Shown here in pieces: positions 12,109-23,564 of a stretch of DNA of 64,000 nt. How positions within the stretch are numbered: the first letter of the stretch is position 1; the number at the start of each line of letters is the position of its first letter. Source of the DNA: an uncultured Pseudomonadota bacterium (GTDB lineage Bacteria > Pseudomonadota > Gammaproteobacteria > Burkholderiales > CAIKXV01). The position numbers and the translations under genes are program-made. The notes beneath the pieces were generated by a model. That model did not search any database. It was not told the origin of the DNA and saw only the letters and a list, made by a program, of their open reading frames with translations. The DNA lies in assembly GCA_903831455.1 (NCBI GenBank), contig CAIKXV010000296.1, positions 3,363 to 67,362 on the forward strand, given 5' to 3'.

Positions 12109-14342
12109 TGTCCCCGACGTCCGGCATCGTGGGCCGGACCCTGTCCGGTCGGCGCCGACTGGTGGTGGCGGCGGTGCTGCTGATCGGGCTGACCGCGGTG
12201 CTGCTGTTCATGCTGTCCACCGCCACCGCGAACGGCCAACGCTTCGCCAACCACCACCGGCTGCTGCTGTTCCTGAACATCGGGCTGGTCGTCGTGTTCG
12301 GGACGGTGATCGGCCTGCAGCTCTGGGCCCTGCGCCGACGCATCCGGTCGGGGGTGTTCGGCTCCCGCCTGTCGTTCCGCCTCGCGGTGTTCTTCTCCCT
12401 GGTCGCGCTGCTGCCCGGCGCGCTGGTGTACGTGGTGAGCGTGCAGTTCACCTCGCGCAGCATCGAATCCTGGTTCGATGTGCGCATCGACAAGGCGCTC
12501 GAGGGGGGGCTGGCGCTGGGCCGGTCGGCGCTCGAGGGCTCGCTGCGCGAACTGGTTTCACGAGCCGAGGTGATGGCCTCCAGCCTCGCCGACCGTGGCG
12601 ACGCCCAGCAGCGCGTGGCGCTCGAGACGCTGAGGGAGCAGAACCGGTTCGACGAAGTCGAGCTCTACAGCAGTCGCGGCACCCTCATCGGATCGGCAGG
12701 ACAGGAGAGCGGCATCTCGCCCGAACTGCCGGTGAGCGCGGTGATGCGGCAGATCCGCCTGCAGCAGCCGTTCTCCTCGATCGAGGCCTTGCCGGACGGT
12801 CGACTGTTCCTGCGGGCGGTGGTTGCGGTGAACACGCTGTCGCTCGCCGACGACATCCGCGCGCTGCAGGTGCTGCAGCAGGTGCCTCCCGCGGTGGCAG
12901 CGGCGGCCGATACGGTCCAGGTCGGCTACCGCGACTACCAGGAGCTGCTGCTGTCGCGTACCGGCCTGCGGCAGCTCTACGGACTGACCCTCACCCTGAC
13001 CCTGCTGATCGGGCTGCTGGTCGCCGTCGCGCTCGCGTTCTTCCTGTCCGAGCAGCTTGCTTCGCCGCTCGGGATTCTGGCCGAGGGCACGGCGGCGGTC
13101 GCGCGGGGCGACTTCCGGCCCCGCGAAACGGTCACCAGCGGTGACGAACTCGGCCTGCTGACCGGATCCTTCAACACCATGATCCGCCAGCTCGACGATG
13201 CGCGCGCGGCGAACGAGCGCGGGCGCGCGCAGATCGAAGCGGCGAGGGCCTACCTCGAGAGCGTGCTGGGCAACCTGTCCTCGGGCGTGATGTCCTTCGA
13301 CGGCAACCTGCGGCTGCGCGCGGCCAATCGCAGCGCCACCGATATCCTCGGCATCGAGATGGGAAGCCTGCTGGGGTCGTCGCTGTCGCGGCACGCCGAA
13401 GGCGACTCGCCGGTGGCGCAACTCGGCGCCGAGCTTGCCGCTCGCTTCGGGCAGACAGCCGCCGGCGGCGGCACCCAGACCTGGGAGTCCCAGTTCGAGT
13501 ACCTGCGTGGCGGCGGCTCGCGCACGCTGCTGCTGCGCGGTGCGCTGCTCCAGCCCGAGCCCGGTGGGGATGCCGGCTGCGTGGTGGTGTTCGACGACAT
13601 CACGAACCTGATGCGCGCCCAGCGCGATGCAGCCTGGGCCGAGGTCGCGCGAAGACTCGCGCACGAGATCAAGAACCCGCTGACCCCGATCCAGCTCGCC
13701 GCCGAGCGCATCCACCACAAGCTGGCCGAGCGGTTGTCCGCACCCGACGCGCAGATGCTCGAGCGATCGACCCGCACCATCGTCAACCAGGTCGCGGCGA
13801 TGAAGAGCATGGTGGATGCCTTCGCCGAATACGCGCGCAACCAGCCCGAGCCGGTCACCGGCGAGCTGGATCTCGACGCGCTGGTGCGCGAGGTGCTCGG
13901 CCTGTACGAGGCCACGCAGGGGCCGGTCTCGTTCGAGACCCGACTCGCCGGAGGACTGCCGCGGATCGCGGGCAGCCAGACCCAGCTTCGGCAGGTCCTG
14001 CACAACCTGCTCCAGAACGCGCAGGACTCGCTCGCGGGCGTCGAACATGCGCGCGTCACGGTGTGTACCGAGGCGGTACCCGCCGCAGCAGGCCAGCGCG
14101 CCTGGGTCCGGCTGACGGTGACGGACAACGGCGCGGGCTTTCCGCCCGCGATGCTTGCCCGGGTGTTCGAGCCCTACGTCACGACCAAGGCCAAGGGCAC
14201 CGGCCTTGGGCTGGCCATCGTCAAGAAGATCATCGACGAGCACCACGGCCACATCGAGGTGGTGAACGTCGAGCCGGCCGGCGCGAGGGTGGATATCCGC
14301 CTGCCGGTGGCGGTGCGCGCCGATGCGCAGGCTGCGGCCTGA
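12105..14342 (+). CDS. ntrY: sensor histidine kinase NtrY-like (TM, HAMP, PAS, HisKA, HATPase)
   Basis: ATG at 12105 forms an ATGA overlap with the DUF4390 stop. TM segments, H-box RRLAHEIKNPLTPIQL, N/G boxes DNGAGF and GTGLGLAIVKKI. Confidence 0.85.
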   Translation: MMSPTSGIVGRTLSGRRRLVVAAVLLIGLTAVLLFMLSTATANGQRFANHHRLLLFLNIGLVVVFGTVIGLQLWALRRRIRSGVFGSRLSFRLAVFFSLVALLPGALVYVVSVQFTSRSIESWFDVRIDKALEGGLALGRSALEGSLRELVSRAEVMASSLADRGDAQQRVALETLREQNRFDEVELYSSRGTLIGSAGQESGISPELPVSAVMRQIRLQQPFSSIEALPDGRLFLRAVVAVNTLSLADDIRALQVLQQVPPAVAAAADTVQVGYRDYQELLLSRTGLRQLYGLTLTLTLLIGLLVAVALAFFLSEQLASPLGILAEGTAAVARGDFRPRETVTSGDELGLLTGSFNTMIRQLDDARAANERGRAQIEAARAYLESVLGNLSSGVMSFDGNLRLRAANRSATDILGIEMGSLLGSSLSRHAEGDSPVAQLGAELAARFGQTAAGGGTQTWESQFEYLRGGGSRTLLLRGALLQPEPGGDAGCVVVFDDITNLMRAQRDAAWAEVARRLAHEIKNPLTPIQLAAERIHHKLAERLSAPDAQMLERSTRTIVNQVAAMKSMVDAFAEYARNQPEPVTGELDLDALVREVLGLYEATQGPVSFETRLAGGLPRIAGSQTQLRQVLHNLLQNAQDSLAGVEHARVTVCTEAVPAAAGQRAWVRLTVTDNGAGFPPAMLARVFEPYVTTKAKGTGLGLAIVKKIIDEHHGHIEVVNVEPAGARVDIRLPVAVRADAQAAA

Positions 14343-14423
14343 CGTGGGTGCCCTCGCCGAGTCGCCGGGGTTGCGGCATGATCGCCGCTGGTGGTGCGGG
14401 ACCGCACGGACACATGGCTGCGC

Positions 14424-15755
14424 ATGAGCGATATTCTGGTCGTCGATGACGAGGTTGGCATCCGTGAACTGCTCTCCGAGATCCTGAGCGACGAGGGCTA
14501 TACGGTTCGCCTCGCGGAGAATGGTGACCAGGCTCGGCGCGAGCGCGCCCGGGCCCGGCCGGACCTCGTGCTGCTCGACATCTGGATGCCCGACACCGAC
14601 GGCATCACGCTGCTCAAGGAATGGGCGCGTTGCGGCCAGCTCACGATGCCGGTGGTGATGATGTCCGGCCACGCGACCATCGACACCGCGGTCGAGTCCA
14701 CGAAGCTGGGCGCGTCGGATTTCCTCGAGAAGCCCATCGCGCTGCAGAAGCTTCTGTCCACCGTCGGGCGCGTGCTGCGCCGGGCGGGGGCGGCACCCTT
14801 GCCCGAACTGTCGCTCGACAGCCTGGGACGATCGGCGGTCGTCGCCCAGCTCAAGCAGCGCCTCGCGCAGTTGCGCGCGGCGCGCGGCCCGGTGCTGATG
14901 GTGTCGGAGCCGGGGTGCCGGGTCGAGCTCTGTGCGCAGTACCTTCACACCGCACACACCCCGTGGAAGGTGCTGGAGGATGCCCGCGCGCTCGCCAGCG
15001 CACCGCTCGAACTGGCCGAGGAGGTGGCCGAGGGCGTGCTGTTCATCCCCGCCCTCACCCAGCTCACGCGCGCCGAACAGCGGGGGCTGGCGCTGCTCAT
15101 GTCTCGCGGCGACCGGCACCGGGCGCGGGTCGTCGTCGCCAGCGCGCGCGGCCTGGGCGAACTGGTCGCGGCGGGCGATGCCGAGCCGCGGCTGCTCGAG
15201 GCGGCGCCGGCGACCCTGCAGGTGCCGGCGCTGCGCGAGCATCGGGAGGATGTGCCCGAACTCGCCAACCTGTTCCTCACGCGCATCATCGAAGCGCGCG
15301 AATGCCCGCCGCGCAGTTTCGATACCGCCGCGCTCAACGCGCTGCGCAACCACGACTGGCCCGGCAACCTGATGCAGCTCGAGCAGGTCGTCCGATCGCT
15401 CGCGATCACCGCGCTGGGCACCGACATCACGGCCGAGGACGTGCTGCGGCTGGTCGCCTCGGTCGAGGCCGCGGTCGCGCCGGCGTCGAGCGCCGAGCCG
15501 GTCGCGCCGGCGCCGCTCGACGAACCTGTCGCCGCGCCGCCGGCCGCACCGCCGGGTCCGGGCGCCGGGCTCCGATTCGATGCGCCGCTGCGCGAGGCCC
15601 GCGACGCGTTCGAGAAGGCCTACCTCGAGCACCACATCGCGCTCGAGGGCGGCAACATGAGCCGCGTGGCCGACAAGGTCGGCCTGGAACGGACCCACCT
15701 GTATCGCAAGATCAAGCAGCTGGGCATCCGGACGCGCCGCGGCGAGGACGGCTGA
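14424..15755 (+). CDS. ntrX: response regulator NtrX-like (REC, degenerate AAA+, Fis-type HTH)
   Basis: [16 protein letters not shown] receiver with [15 protein letters not shown]-terminal [29 protein letters not shown]. An alternative ATG lies at 14391. Confidence 0.85.
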   Translation: MSDILVVDDEVGIRELLSEILSDEGYTVRLAENGDQARRERARARPDLVLLDIWMPDTDGITLLKEWARCGQLTMPVVMMSGHATIDTAVESTKLGASDFLEKPIALQKLLSTVGRVLRRAGAAPLPELSLDSLGRSAVVAQLKQRLAQLRAARGPVLMVSEPGCRVELCAQYLHTAHTPWKVLEDARALASAPLELAEEVAEGVLFIPALTQLTRAEQRGLALLMSRGDRHRARVVVASARGLGELVAAGDAEPRLLEAAPATLQVPALREHREDVPELANLFLTRIIEARECPPRSFDTAALNALRNHDWPGNLMQLEQVVRSLAITALGTDITAEDVLRLVASVEAAVAPASSAEPVAPAPLDEPVAAPPAAPPGPGAGLRFDAPLREARDAFEKAYLEHHIALEGGNMSRVADKVGLERTHLYRKIKQLGIRTRRGEDG

Positions 15756-15844
15756 GGCCCGCACTCCGCCCGTCCGCGGGCAGTTGCGGGATAATCCCGC
15801 GGGTTGCGCAGGCACCCGGCCTGCGCCGTTCCGGTCCCGCGCGC

Positions 15845-17866
15845 ATGCCCACCCGAACCGAACTTGCCAATGCCCTCCGCGTCCTGGCGATGGACGCCGT
15901 GCAGAAAGCCAACTCCGGCCATCCGGGTATGCCGATGGGCATGGCCGACATCGCCGAAGTGCTGTGGCGCGACCACCTGCGCCACGATCCGGCCGACCCG
16001 CGCTGGCCGGACCGCGATCGCTTCGTGCTGTCGAACGGCCATGGGTCGATGCTGCTCTACGCGCTGCTGCACCTGACCGGCTACGACCTGCCGATGTCCG
16101 AGCTGCAGGCCTTCCGCCAGTTGCACTCGCGTACGCCTGGCCACCCCGAGTTCGGCGCCACGCCCGGCGTCGAGACCACGACCGGGCCGCTGGGGCAGGG
16201 CCTGGCCAACGCGGTGGGCATGGCCCTGGCCGAGGCGCTGCTGGCCGCCGAGTTCAATCGTCCCGGGCACACGATCGTCGACCACCGCACCTGGGTGTTC
16301 GCGGGCGACGGGTGCCTGATGGAGGGCATCTCGCACGAAGCGTGCTCGCTGGCCGGCACCCTCGGGCTGGGCAAGCTGGTCGTCTTCTACGACGACAACG
16401 GCATCTCGATCGACGGGGCGGTCGAGGGCTGGTTCACCGACGACACGCCGGCCCGGTTCGAGGCCTATGGCTGGCGGGTCATCCGGGGAGTCGACGGCCA
16501 TGATCCGCAGGCGCTTTCGGCGGCCATCGCCGAGGCGACGCGGCAGCAGGACCGTCCGGTGCTGGTCTGCTGCCGCACCGTGATCGGCAAGGGTGCGCCG
16601 AACAAGCAGGGTAGTGCCGATACGCACGGAGCGGCGCTGGGCGAGGCCGAGGTCGCGGCCACCCGCGCGGCGCTGGGCTGGACCGCCCCGCCCTTCGAGA
16701 TCCCGGAGGCGGTGCGGGCGGCGTGGGAGGGACGGACCGCGGGTGCGCGGAGACGTACCCGCTGGCAGGAGGCCTACGACGCCTACGCGGCCGCCCACCC
16801 CGGGCTGGCCGCCGAGTTCACCCGCCGCATGTCGGGCCGACTGCCCGCCGATTTCGCGCAGCGGTGCGCCGGCATCCTGCAGGCCGCGCAGGACAAGGCC
16901 GAGGCGGTCGCCACGCGCAAGGCGTCGCAGAACGCGCTCAACCAGCTGGCCCCGATGCTGCCCGAGCTGGTCGGCGGTTCGGCCGACCTGATGGGCAGCG
17001 TGTTCACCGACTGGAAGGGCAGCCGCGTGGTGGCGCGCGACGACACCGGCGCCCTGCGCGGCAACATCGTGAACTTCGGGGTTCGCGAGTTCGCGATGGC
17101 CGCCATCACCAACGGCGTTGCGCTGCACGGCGGCCTGATCCCGGAGACCGGCACCTTCCTCACCTTCTCCGACTACTCGCGCAACGCGCTGCGCATGGCG
17201 GCGATGATGAAGCTGCGCAACGTGTTCGTGTTCACGCACGACTCCATCGGGCTGGGCGAGGACGGACCCACCCACCAGCCGGTCGAGCACGTGTCCGCGC
17301 TGCGCCTGATCCCGAACCTGGACGTCTGGCGGCCCTGCGATGCCGCCGAAACCGTCGGCGCATGGGCCTCGGCGCTCGTGCGCGAGGACGGCCCCTCCGT
17401 GCTGGCGCTGTCTCGGCAGGCGCTGCCCGCGCAGGCCCGCACGGCGGCGCAGGTCGCCGGGATCGGTCGGGGCGGCTACGTCCTGGCCGACGCGCAAGCC
17501 CCCGCACCGGCCGTCGTCCTGATCGCCACCGGATCGGAGGTCGCGCTGGCGATGCAGGCGCGCGAGTTGCTGGCGAAGGACGGTATCGCCGCACGGGTGG
17601 TGTCGATGCCCAGCGCGGGGGTGTTCGACCGCCAGGATCCCGCGTGGCGCCGCTCGGTGCTGCCGCCCGGCGTGCCGCGGGTGGCGATTGAGGCGGGGGC
17701 CACCGGCTTCTGGCATCGCTACACCGGTGCCCTGGATGACCCGCGCGGTGCGGTGCTGGGGCTGGATCGCTTCGGTGAATCGGCCCCGGCGGGCGTGGTG
17801 ATGCGCCACTTCGGATTCACCGCCGAGTCGGTGGCGTCCCTCGCCCGGCAGGTACTGGCCGGCTGA
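15845..17866 (+). CDS. tkt: transketolase
   Basis: Internal ATG at 15845 of track ORF 14621..17866. Motifs [54 protein letters not shown]. Confidence 0.95.
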   Translation: MPTRTELANALRVLAMDAVQKANSGHPGMPMGMADIAEVLWRDHLRHDPADPRWPDRDRFVLSNGHGSMLLYALLHLTGYDLPMSELQAFRQLHSRTPGHPEFGATPGVETTTGPLGQGLANAVGMALAEALLAAEFNRPGHTIVDHRTWVFAGDGCLMEGISHEACSLAGTLGLGKLVVFYDDNGISIDGAVEGWFTDDTPARFEAYGWRVIRGVDGHDPQALSAAIAEATRQQDRPVLVCCRTVIGKGAPNKQGSADTHGAALGEAEVAATRAALGWTAPPFEIPEAVRAAWEGRTAGARRRTRWQEAYDAYAAAHPGLAAEFTRRMSGRLPADFAQRCAGILQAAQDKAEAVATRKASQNALNQLAPMLPELVGGSADLMGSVFTDWKGSRVVARDDTGALRGNIVNFGVREFAMAAITNGVALHGGLIPETGTFLTFSDYSRNALRMAAMMKLRNVFVFTHDSIGLGEDGPTHQPVEHVSALRLIPNLDVWRPCDAAETVGAWASALVREDGPSVLALSRQALPAQARTAAQVAGIGRGGYVLADAQAPAPAVVLIATGSEVALAMQARELLAKDGIAARVVSMPSAGVFDRQDPAWRRSVLPPGVPRVAIEAGATGFWHRYTGALDDPRGAVLGLDRFGESAPAGVVMRHFGFTAESVASLARQVLAG

Positions 17867-18060
17867 CGCGTGCCCTGCCGCCCGGCGTCATCGGGCAAGT
17901 GCACGCGTTGCGGTAGACTTGCGCCCTTCCGGGGCGGTTCGAGCCGCCCTGCCCCCGGGGTCCGGCCCGGCCGCCCGAGCGCGTGCCGGCTCGCCCGCCG
18001 CGACCCCGCCTTTTTCCACGCGGCCCCGCGGGGCCGCCCGCAGAGATCCCGGAGGACTCC

Positions 18061-19074
18061 ATGGCGATTCGCGTAGGCATCAACGGGTACGGCCGCATCG
18101 GACGCAACATCCTGCGTGCGCTCTATGAATCCGGTCGCACCGGCGAGATCCAGGTCGCCGCGATCAACGACCTCGGCGATGCCCAGACCAACGCGCACCT
18201 GACCCGCCACGACACCGCGCACGGCCGTTTCCCGGGCAAGGTGGAAGTCGATGGCGACAGCATGGTGGTCAACGGCGACCGGATCCGCGTGTTCGCGGTG
18301 CGCAACCCCGCGGAAATCGCCTGGGGTTCGGTCGGGGTCGACGTGGTGCTCGAGTGCACCGGCCTGTTCACCACGAAGGAGAAGGCGGGTGCGCACCTCA
18401 AGGGCGGCGCGAAGAAGGTCGTGATCTCGGCCCCCGGGGGCAAGGACGTCGATGCCACCGTGGTCTACGGCGTGAACCACGGGGTCCTCAAGGCCAGCGA
18501 CACCGTGATCTCCAACGCGTCCTGCACGACCAACTGCCTCGCGCCGCTGGTCAAGGTGCTGCACGAGAAGGTGGGCGTGGTGAACGGCCTGATGACCACC
18601 GTGCACTCGTACACCAACGACCAGGTGCTCACCGACGTCTACCACGAGGACCTGCGGCGCGCGCGGTCGGCCACGCAATCGATGATTCCCACCAAGACCG
18701 GTGCCGCGGCCGCGGTCGGACTGGTGCTGCCCGAGCTCAACGGGCGCCTGGACGGTTTCGCGATCCGCGTGCCCACGATCAACGTGTCGGTGGTCGACCT
18801 GTCCTTCGTCTCCGCGCGGGCGACCAGCGTCGAGGAAGTGAATGCCATCATGAAGGAGGCGGCCAGCCGCCCCGAGTGGCAGGGCGTGCTCGGCTACAAC
18901 GACGCGCCGCTGGTGTCGATCGACTTCAACCACGACTCGCGCTCGAGCGTGTTCGACTCCACCCTCACCAAGGTGTCGGGCAACCTGGTCAAGGTGTCGT
19001 CGTGGTACGACAACGAGTGGGGTTTCTCCAACCGCATGCTGGACACCACGCTGGCCCTGATGGCGGCGAAGTGA
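18061..19074 (+). CDS. gap: glyceraldehyde-3-phosphate dehydrogenase (type I)
   Basis: ATG at 18061 preceded by [16 protein letters not shown], active site [23 protein letters not shown]. Confidence 0.95.
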   Translation: MAIRVGINGYGRIGRNILRALYESGRTGEIQVAAINDLGDAQTNAHLTRHDTAHGRFPGKVEVDGDSMVVNGDRIRVFAVRNPAEIAWGSVGVDVVLECTGLFTTKEKAGAHLKGGAKKVVISAPGGKDVDATVVYGVNHGVLKASDTVISNASCTTNCLAPLVKVLHEKVGVVNGLMTTVHSYTNDQVLTDVYHEDLRRARSATQSMIPTKTGAAAAVGLVLPELNGRLDGFAIRVPTINVSVVDLSFVSARATSVEEVNAIMKEAASRPEWQGVLGYNDAPLVSIDFNHDSRSSVFDSTLTKVSGNLVKVSSWYDNEWGFSNRMLDTTLALMAAK

Positions 19075-19105
19075 CCGGATCGGGTACTCGGGCGGGGCAG
19101 GCACG

Positions 19106-20293
19106 ATGAACATCCGGCGCATGCAGGACCTGGATCTTTCCGGCAAGCGGGTGTTCATCCGCGCCGATCTCAATGTCCCCCAGGACGACTCGGGCGCCAT
19201 CACCGATGACACCCGCATCCGTGCGTCGGTGCCCGGCATCGAACTGGCGCTTGCCGCCGGCGCCCGGGTGATGGTCACCTCGCACCTCGGCCGACCGAAG
19301 GAGGGTGAACTGCGCCCCGAGGATTCGCTCGCGCCGGTGGCACGGCGGCTCTCGGAACTGCTCGGCCGACCGGTGCCGCTGGTGCGCGACTGGGTCGATG
19401 CCGCCGAAGTCGCACCCTCCCCGGGTTCGGTGGTGCTGCTGGAGAACTGCCGCTGCAACCGGGGCGAGAAGAAGGACGACGAGGCGCTGTCGCGCCGGAT
19501 GGCCGCGTTGTGCGACGTGTACGTGAACGATGCCTTCGGCACCGCGCATCGCGCCGAGGCCACCACGCACGGCATCGCCCGCTTCGCGCCCGTGGCCTGC
19601 GCCGGCCCGCTGATGGCCGCGGAGGTCGAGGCGCTGACCCGCGCGCTCGCGCAGCCGCGGCGTCCACTGGTGGCGATCGTCGCCGGCTCGAAGGTCTCGA
19701 CCAAGCTCACCATCCTCAAGTCGCTCGCCTCGCGCGTCGATCGGCTGATCGTGGGTGGCGGCATCGCCAACACGTTCATGCTGGCACGCGGGCTGCCGAT
19801 CGGCCGCTCGCTGGCCGAACCGGACCTGCTCGAGGAGGCGCGCTCGGTGATGGCCGAACTCGCCGCGAAGGGAGGCGAGGTGCCGATCCCGGTCGACGTC
19901 GTGGTCGCGCCGGCCTTCGCCGCCGATGCGCCGGCCACCGTCAAGGCCGCGAACGCGGTGGCGGCCGGGGACATGATCCTGGACATCGGTCCGAAGACCG
20001 CGGCGACACTGGCCGACCTGCTGCGCGGCGCCGGCACGATCGTCTGGAACGGTCCGGTCGGCGTGTTCGAGTTCGATGCGTTCTCCGGCGGCACGCGTGC
20101 GATCGCCGAGGCCGTGGCCGAGTCCTCCGCGTTCTCGATCGCCGGCGGCGGCGACACGATCGCGGCCATCAACCGCTTCGGCGTTGCCGATCGCGTCGAC
20201 TACATCTCCACCGCCGGCGGTGCCTTCCTGGAATTCCTGGAGGGCAAGGAACTGCCGGCACTCGCGGCGCTGCAGGCGCGCGCGGCGGCCTGA
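19106..20293 (+). CDS. pgk: phosphoglycerate kinase
   Basis: 395-aa [30 protein letters not shown] motifs. Confidence 0.95.
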   Translation: MNIRRMQDLDLSGKRVFIRADLNVPQDDSGAITDDTRIRASVPGIELALAAGARVMVTSHLGRPKEGELRPEDSLAPVARRLSELLGRPVPLVRDWVDAAEVAPSPGSVVLLENCRCNRGEKKDDEALSRRMAALCDVYVNDAFGTAHRAEATTHGIARFAPVACAGPLMAAEVEALTRALAQPRRPLVAIVAGSKVSTKLTILKSLASRVDRLIVGGGIANTFMLARGLPIGRSLAEPDLLEEARSVMAELAAKGGEVPIPVDVVVAPAFAADAPATVKAANAVAAGDMILDIGPKTAATLADLLRGAGTIVWNGPVGVFEFDAFSGGTRAIAEAVAESSAFSIAGGGDTIAAINRFGVADRVDYISTAGGAFLEFLEGKELPALAALQARAAA

Positions 20294-20316
20294 GCGGCGC
20301 GCGCACGGGGGAATCG

Positions 20317-21753
20317 ATGAATCGCCGAACGAAGATCGTCTGCACGCTGGGTCCGGCCACCAACGACCCGAAGGTGCTCGCGCGCATGATCGACGCCGGC
20401 ATGGACGTCGTGCGCATCAACTTCTCCCACGGCACGGCCGAGGAACACGCGCGGCGGGTCGAGACCATCCGCTCGCTCGCCCGCGCGGCGGGCCGCACCA
20501 TCGGCGTGCTGATGGACCTGCAGGGCCCGAAGATCCGGATCGGCAAGTTCGAAGCCGGCAAGACCGTGCTCAAGCCCGGGGCACGGTTCGTCCTCGATGC
20601 CCGCTGCAAGCTCGGCAACGACGAGCGCGTCGGGCTCGACTACCCGAACCTGCCCCGCGACGTGCGGGCGGGCGACACGCTGCTGCTGAACGACGGCCTG
20701 ATCGTGCTCACCGTGGCCGAGGTCAAGGGCCAGCAGATCGTCACGGTGGTCGACCAGGGTGGCGTGCTCTCGAACAACAAGGGCATCAACCGCAAGGGCG
20801 GAGGACTCACCGCCCCGGCACTGACCGAAAAGGACATGGAGGACATCCGGATCGCCGCCGAACTCAAGGCGGACTATCTCGGGGTTTCCTTCCCGCGGTC
20901 GGGCCAGGACATCGAGTGGGCGCGCAGCCTCCTGCACAAGGCCGGCGGTCGCGCGCTCATCTGCTCGAAGATCGAACGCGCGGAGGCCATCGCCTCGCTC
21001 GAGGAGATCGTCGAGGCCTCCGACGTCATCATGGTCGCGCGCGGCGACCTCGCGGTCGAGGTCGGCGACGCGGTGATCCCGGCGCTGCAGAAGCGCATGA
21101 TCCGGCTCGCCCGTGCGCGCAACAAGGCGGTGATCACCGCCACGCAGATGATGGAGTCGATGATCTCCTCGCCGATTCCCACGCGCGCCGAGGTGTCCGA
21201 CGTGGCCAACGCGGTCCTCGACGGCACCGACGCCGTGATGACCTCGGCGGAGACGGCGGCCGGCCAGTATCCGGTCGAGACCGTCGAGGCGATGGCCCGG
21301 GTCTGCATCGAGGCCGAGAAGGCGGACCTCGCCTCGTATGGCGAGCGGCGCGCTGCCGAGGAGTCGAGCCGCGACGTCGAGGGGGCGATCGGTCGGGCGG
21401 TGATGTCCACGGCCAACTACCTGCCGATCCGCGCGATCGCGGCGCTGACCCAGAGCGGGCGCACCGCGCTGCTGATGTCGCGCAACGATTCGCCGGTGCC
21501 CATCTACGCGCTCACGCCGCTGGTGGAGACGCGCCGGCGCGTGACCGTATTCCGCGGCGTGCATCCGGTGAACTTCACCGTGAAGTCGAAGGATCCGGAG
21601 GAGACGCTCAACGCCGCCGAGGACGAGCTGCTGCGGCGGGGCGCGGTGCAGAACGGCGACCTCATCGTGATGACGATCGGCGAGCCCTTCGGCAAGGCGG
21701 GCGGAACCAACACCATGAAGATCGTCCGCGTGGGCGAACATCGAAAGCCCTGA
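20317..21753 (+). CDS. pyk: pyruvate kinase
   Basis: Internal ATG at 20317. TKIVCTLGPAT, MDVVRINFSHG, MVARGDLAVE motifs. Confidence 0.93.
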   Translation: MNRRTKIVCTLGPATNDPKVLARMIDAGMDVVRINFSHGTAEEHARRVETIRSLARAAGRTIGVLMDLQGPKIRIGKFEAGKTVLKPGARFVLDARCKLGNDERVGLDYPNLPRDVRAGDTLLLNDGLIVLTVAEVKGQQIVTVVDQGGVLSNNKGINRKGGGLTAPALTEKDMEDIRIAAELKADYLGVSFPRSGQDIEWARSLLHKAGGRALICSKIERAEAIASLEEIVEASDVIMVARGDLAVEVGDAVIPALQKRMIRLARARNKAVITATQMMESMISSPIPTRAEVSDVANAVLDGTDAVMTSAETAAGQYPVETVEAMARVCIEAEKADLASYGERRAAEESSRDVEGAIGRAVMSTANYLPIRAIAALTQSGRTALLMSRNDSPVPIYALTPLVETRRRVTVFRGVHPVNFTVKSKDPEETLNAAEDELLRRGAVQNGDLIVMTIGEPFGKAGGTNTMKIVRVGEHRKP

Positions 21754-21827
21754 GCACGAGCAGACCCTTCGCGCCTGTCTCTCGATCGGCGCGGCACTGG
21801 ACCGAAGGACCAACCGGGAGACCCGAG

Positions 21828-22856
21828 ATGGACAGCAAACTGATGGCCGCGACCGCCGCGGCGATGGTGGCCAGCGGCAAGGGCCTGCTGGCGGCCGACG
21901 AGAGCAGCGCGACCGTGGCCAAGCGCTTTGCCGGCGTGAACGTCGAGAACACGGAGGCCAACCGGCGCACGTACCGCGACCTCCTCTTCACGACGCCGGG
22001 CATCGGCTCGCATATCAGCGGCGTGATCCTGTTCGACGAGACGATCCGCCAGTCCTCGCTGGCGGGCAAGCCCTTCCCGGCGCTGCTCGAATCCCAGGGC
22101 ATCATTCCCGGCATCAAGGTCGACGGCGGCGCCAAGGATTACGCCGGCCATCCGGGCGAACAGGTCACCGAGGGACTGGACGGCCTGCGCGGCCGGCTCG
22201 CCGAGTACTTCAAGCTCGGTGCGCGCTTCGCCAAGTGGCGCGCGGTGATCAACGTCGGCCGCGACATCCCGTCCTCGGGTTGCATCGAGGCCAACGCCCA
22301 CGCGCTCGCGCGCTACTCGGCCCTGTGCCAGGAGGCGAGCATCGTCCCGATCATCGAGCCCGAGGTGCTGATCGACGGCGACCACACGATCGAGCGCTGC
22401 CACGAGGTGAGCGAGGCGGTGTTGCGCGCGACCTTCCAGGCCTGCTATGGCCAGCGGGTCTCCGCCGAGCACCTGATCCTGAAGGCCAGCATGGTGATCT
22501 CGGGCAAGTCCTGCGCGACGCAGGCCCCCGAGGAGCAGGTGGCCGACATGACCGTCGAATGCCTGAAGCGCGCCGTGCCGGCGGCGCTACCCGGCGTGGT
22601 CTTCCTGTCCGGCGGCCAGAGCGACGAGAAGGCGGCGGCGCACCTGTCGCTGATGAACTCGCGGCACGCCGGTCGACTGCCCTGGCCGCTGACCTTCTCC
22701 TACTCGCGCGCCCTGCATCAGGCCGCACTCAAGGCCTGGAGCGGTCGCGAGGGCAACGTCCAGGCGGCGCAGGGCGTGTTCGCGCATCGCGCGCGCATGT
22801 GCAGCCTCGCCTCGCAGGGGCGCTACACCGCGGTCGAGGAGCGCACGGCGGGCTGA
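21828..22856 (+). CDS. fba: fructose-bisphosphate aldolase, class I (Schiff-base type)
   Basis: Internal ATG at 21828. GKGLLAADESSATVAKRF, ISGVILFDETIRQ, ILKASMVISG (Schiff-base Lys context), VVFLSGGQS. Confidence 0.9.
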   Translation: MDSKLMAATAAAMVASGKGLLAADESSATVAKRFAGVNVENTEANRRTYRDLLFTTPGIGSHISGVILFDETIRQSSLAGKPFPALLESQGIIPGIKVDGGAKDYAGHPGEQVTEGLDGLRGRLAEYFKLGARFAKWRAVINVGRDIPSSGCIEANAHALARYSALCQEASIVPIIEPEVLIDGDHTIERCHEVSEAVLRATFQACYGQRVSAEHLILKASMVISGKSCATQAPEEQVADMTVECLKRAVPAALPGVVFLSGGQSDEKAAAHLSLMNSRHAGRLPWPLTFSYSRALHQAALKAWSGREGNVQAAQGVFAHRARMCSLASQGRYTAVEERTAG

Positions 22857-22871
22857 GTCCAGCCCCGGGTC

Positions 22872-22894
22872 GACGCCCGCCCGGTGCGGGCGTC
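22872..22894 (+). terminator. candidate intrinsic terminator hairpin after fba
   Basis: Perfect 9-bp stem GACGCCCGC/GCGGGCGTC with loop CCGGT, 16 nt after the fba stop. No U-tract follows. Confidence 0.35.
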
Positions 22895-23052
22895 GTCCTG
22901 GCCCGGAGGATCAGGGAACACCCCGCCGCGAGGGTGTGGTGATCGGTGAACCGGGTACTCGTCGCCGACAGGGCCGGCCGCGGCATGGCGCTCGTCGGCG
23001 GCCCGGCGAGGGCGAGTCGCGGGCCTGCGGGCGGCCCGGACGACCCACGAGG

Positions 23053-23071
23053 GGGCGGGTGCTTCCCGCCC
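23053..23071 (-). terminator. candidate terminator hairpin at the distal end of the minus-strand island
   Basis: 7-bp GC stem GGGCGGG/CCCGCCC with a 5-nt loop, 17 nt beyond the stop of the cupin gene (23088). No U-tract. Confidence 0.3.
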
Positions 23072-23087
23072 GCCTCGGGTGTCGCCG

Positions 23088-23564
23088 TCAGTGTCCCGGG
23101 TTGGGGTTGTGTTCGGCCCAGCCCGTGGTCTTGGCACCTTCGGTGGCGATCAGCACGAAGGCCATGATGCAGTCCTCGGTGCCGGGATTGCGCCAGTTGT
23201 GGTTCGTCCCGCGCTGGATCACCACGTCACCGGGCTTGAGATGGACCGAGCCCTCGTCCATCTCCATGATCATCTCGCCGGCCAGGCAGATCGCATAGTC
23301 GACCGAGTCGGTGGCGTGCCAGCGAGGCACGTTGCCCGGCGCGTAGCGGCCGAAGCGGAATACCGATCCACCCGCCAGGCTGGTGCCCAGGTCCCAGGTG
23401 TTCGGATCGTCCTGCGTGCTCTCGGCCGGCAGCTTGCGGGTCGCCCACATCGGGATGTTGTCGAAGCCGGGACGCAGGTTGATCGGATCGATCAGGCTGT
23501 CCCACTGGATGCAGCTCTTGCCTTCCTTGTTGAAGCCGGTGACGACGCGACGGAATTGCTTCAT
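23088..23564 (-). CDS. cupin domain protein
   Basis: 158-aa ORF. Cupin-type motifs WHATDSVDYAICLAGEMIMEMDEG and LKPGDVVIQRGTNHNWRN. Confidence 0.75.
   Translation of the reverse strand: MKQFRRVVTGFNKEGKSCIQWDSLIDPINLRPGFDNIPMWATRKLPAESTQDDPNTWDLGTSLAGGSVFRFGRYAPGNVPRWHATDSVDYAICLAGEMIMEMDEGSVHLKPGDVVIQRGTNHNWRNPGTEDCIMAFVLIATEGAKTTGWAEHNPNPGH

Noticed and set aside
18011-18037. T5 run followed by the 18-nt palindrome GCGGCCCCGCGGGGCCGC, just upstream of the gap RBS.
   Set aside because: The T-tract precedes rather than follows the hairpin on the plus strand, and nothing is transcribed on the minus strand here, so it is not a canonical terminator. It may be a leader structure, but I cannot support a function.
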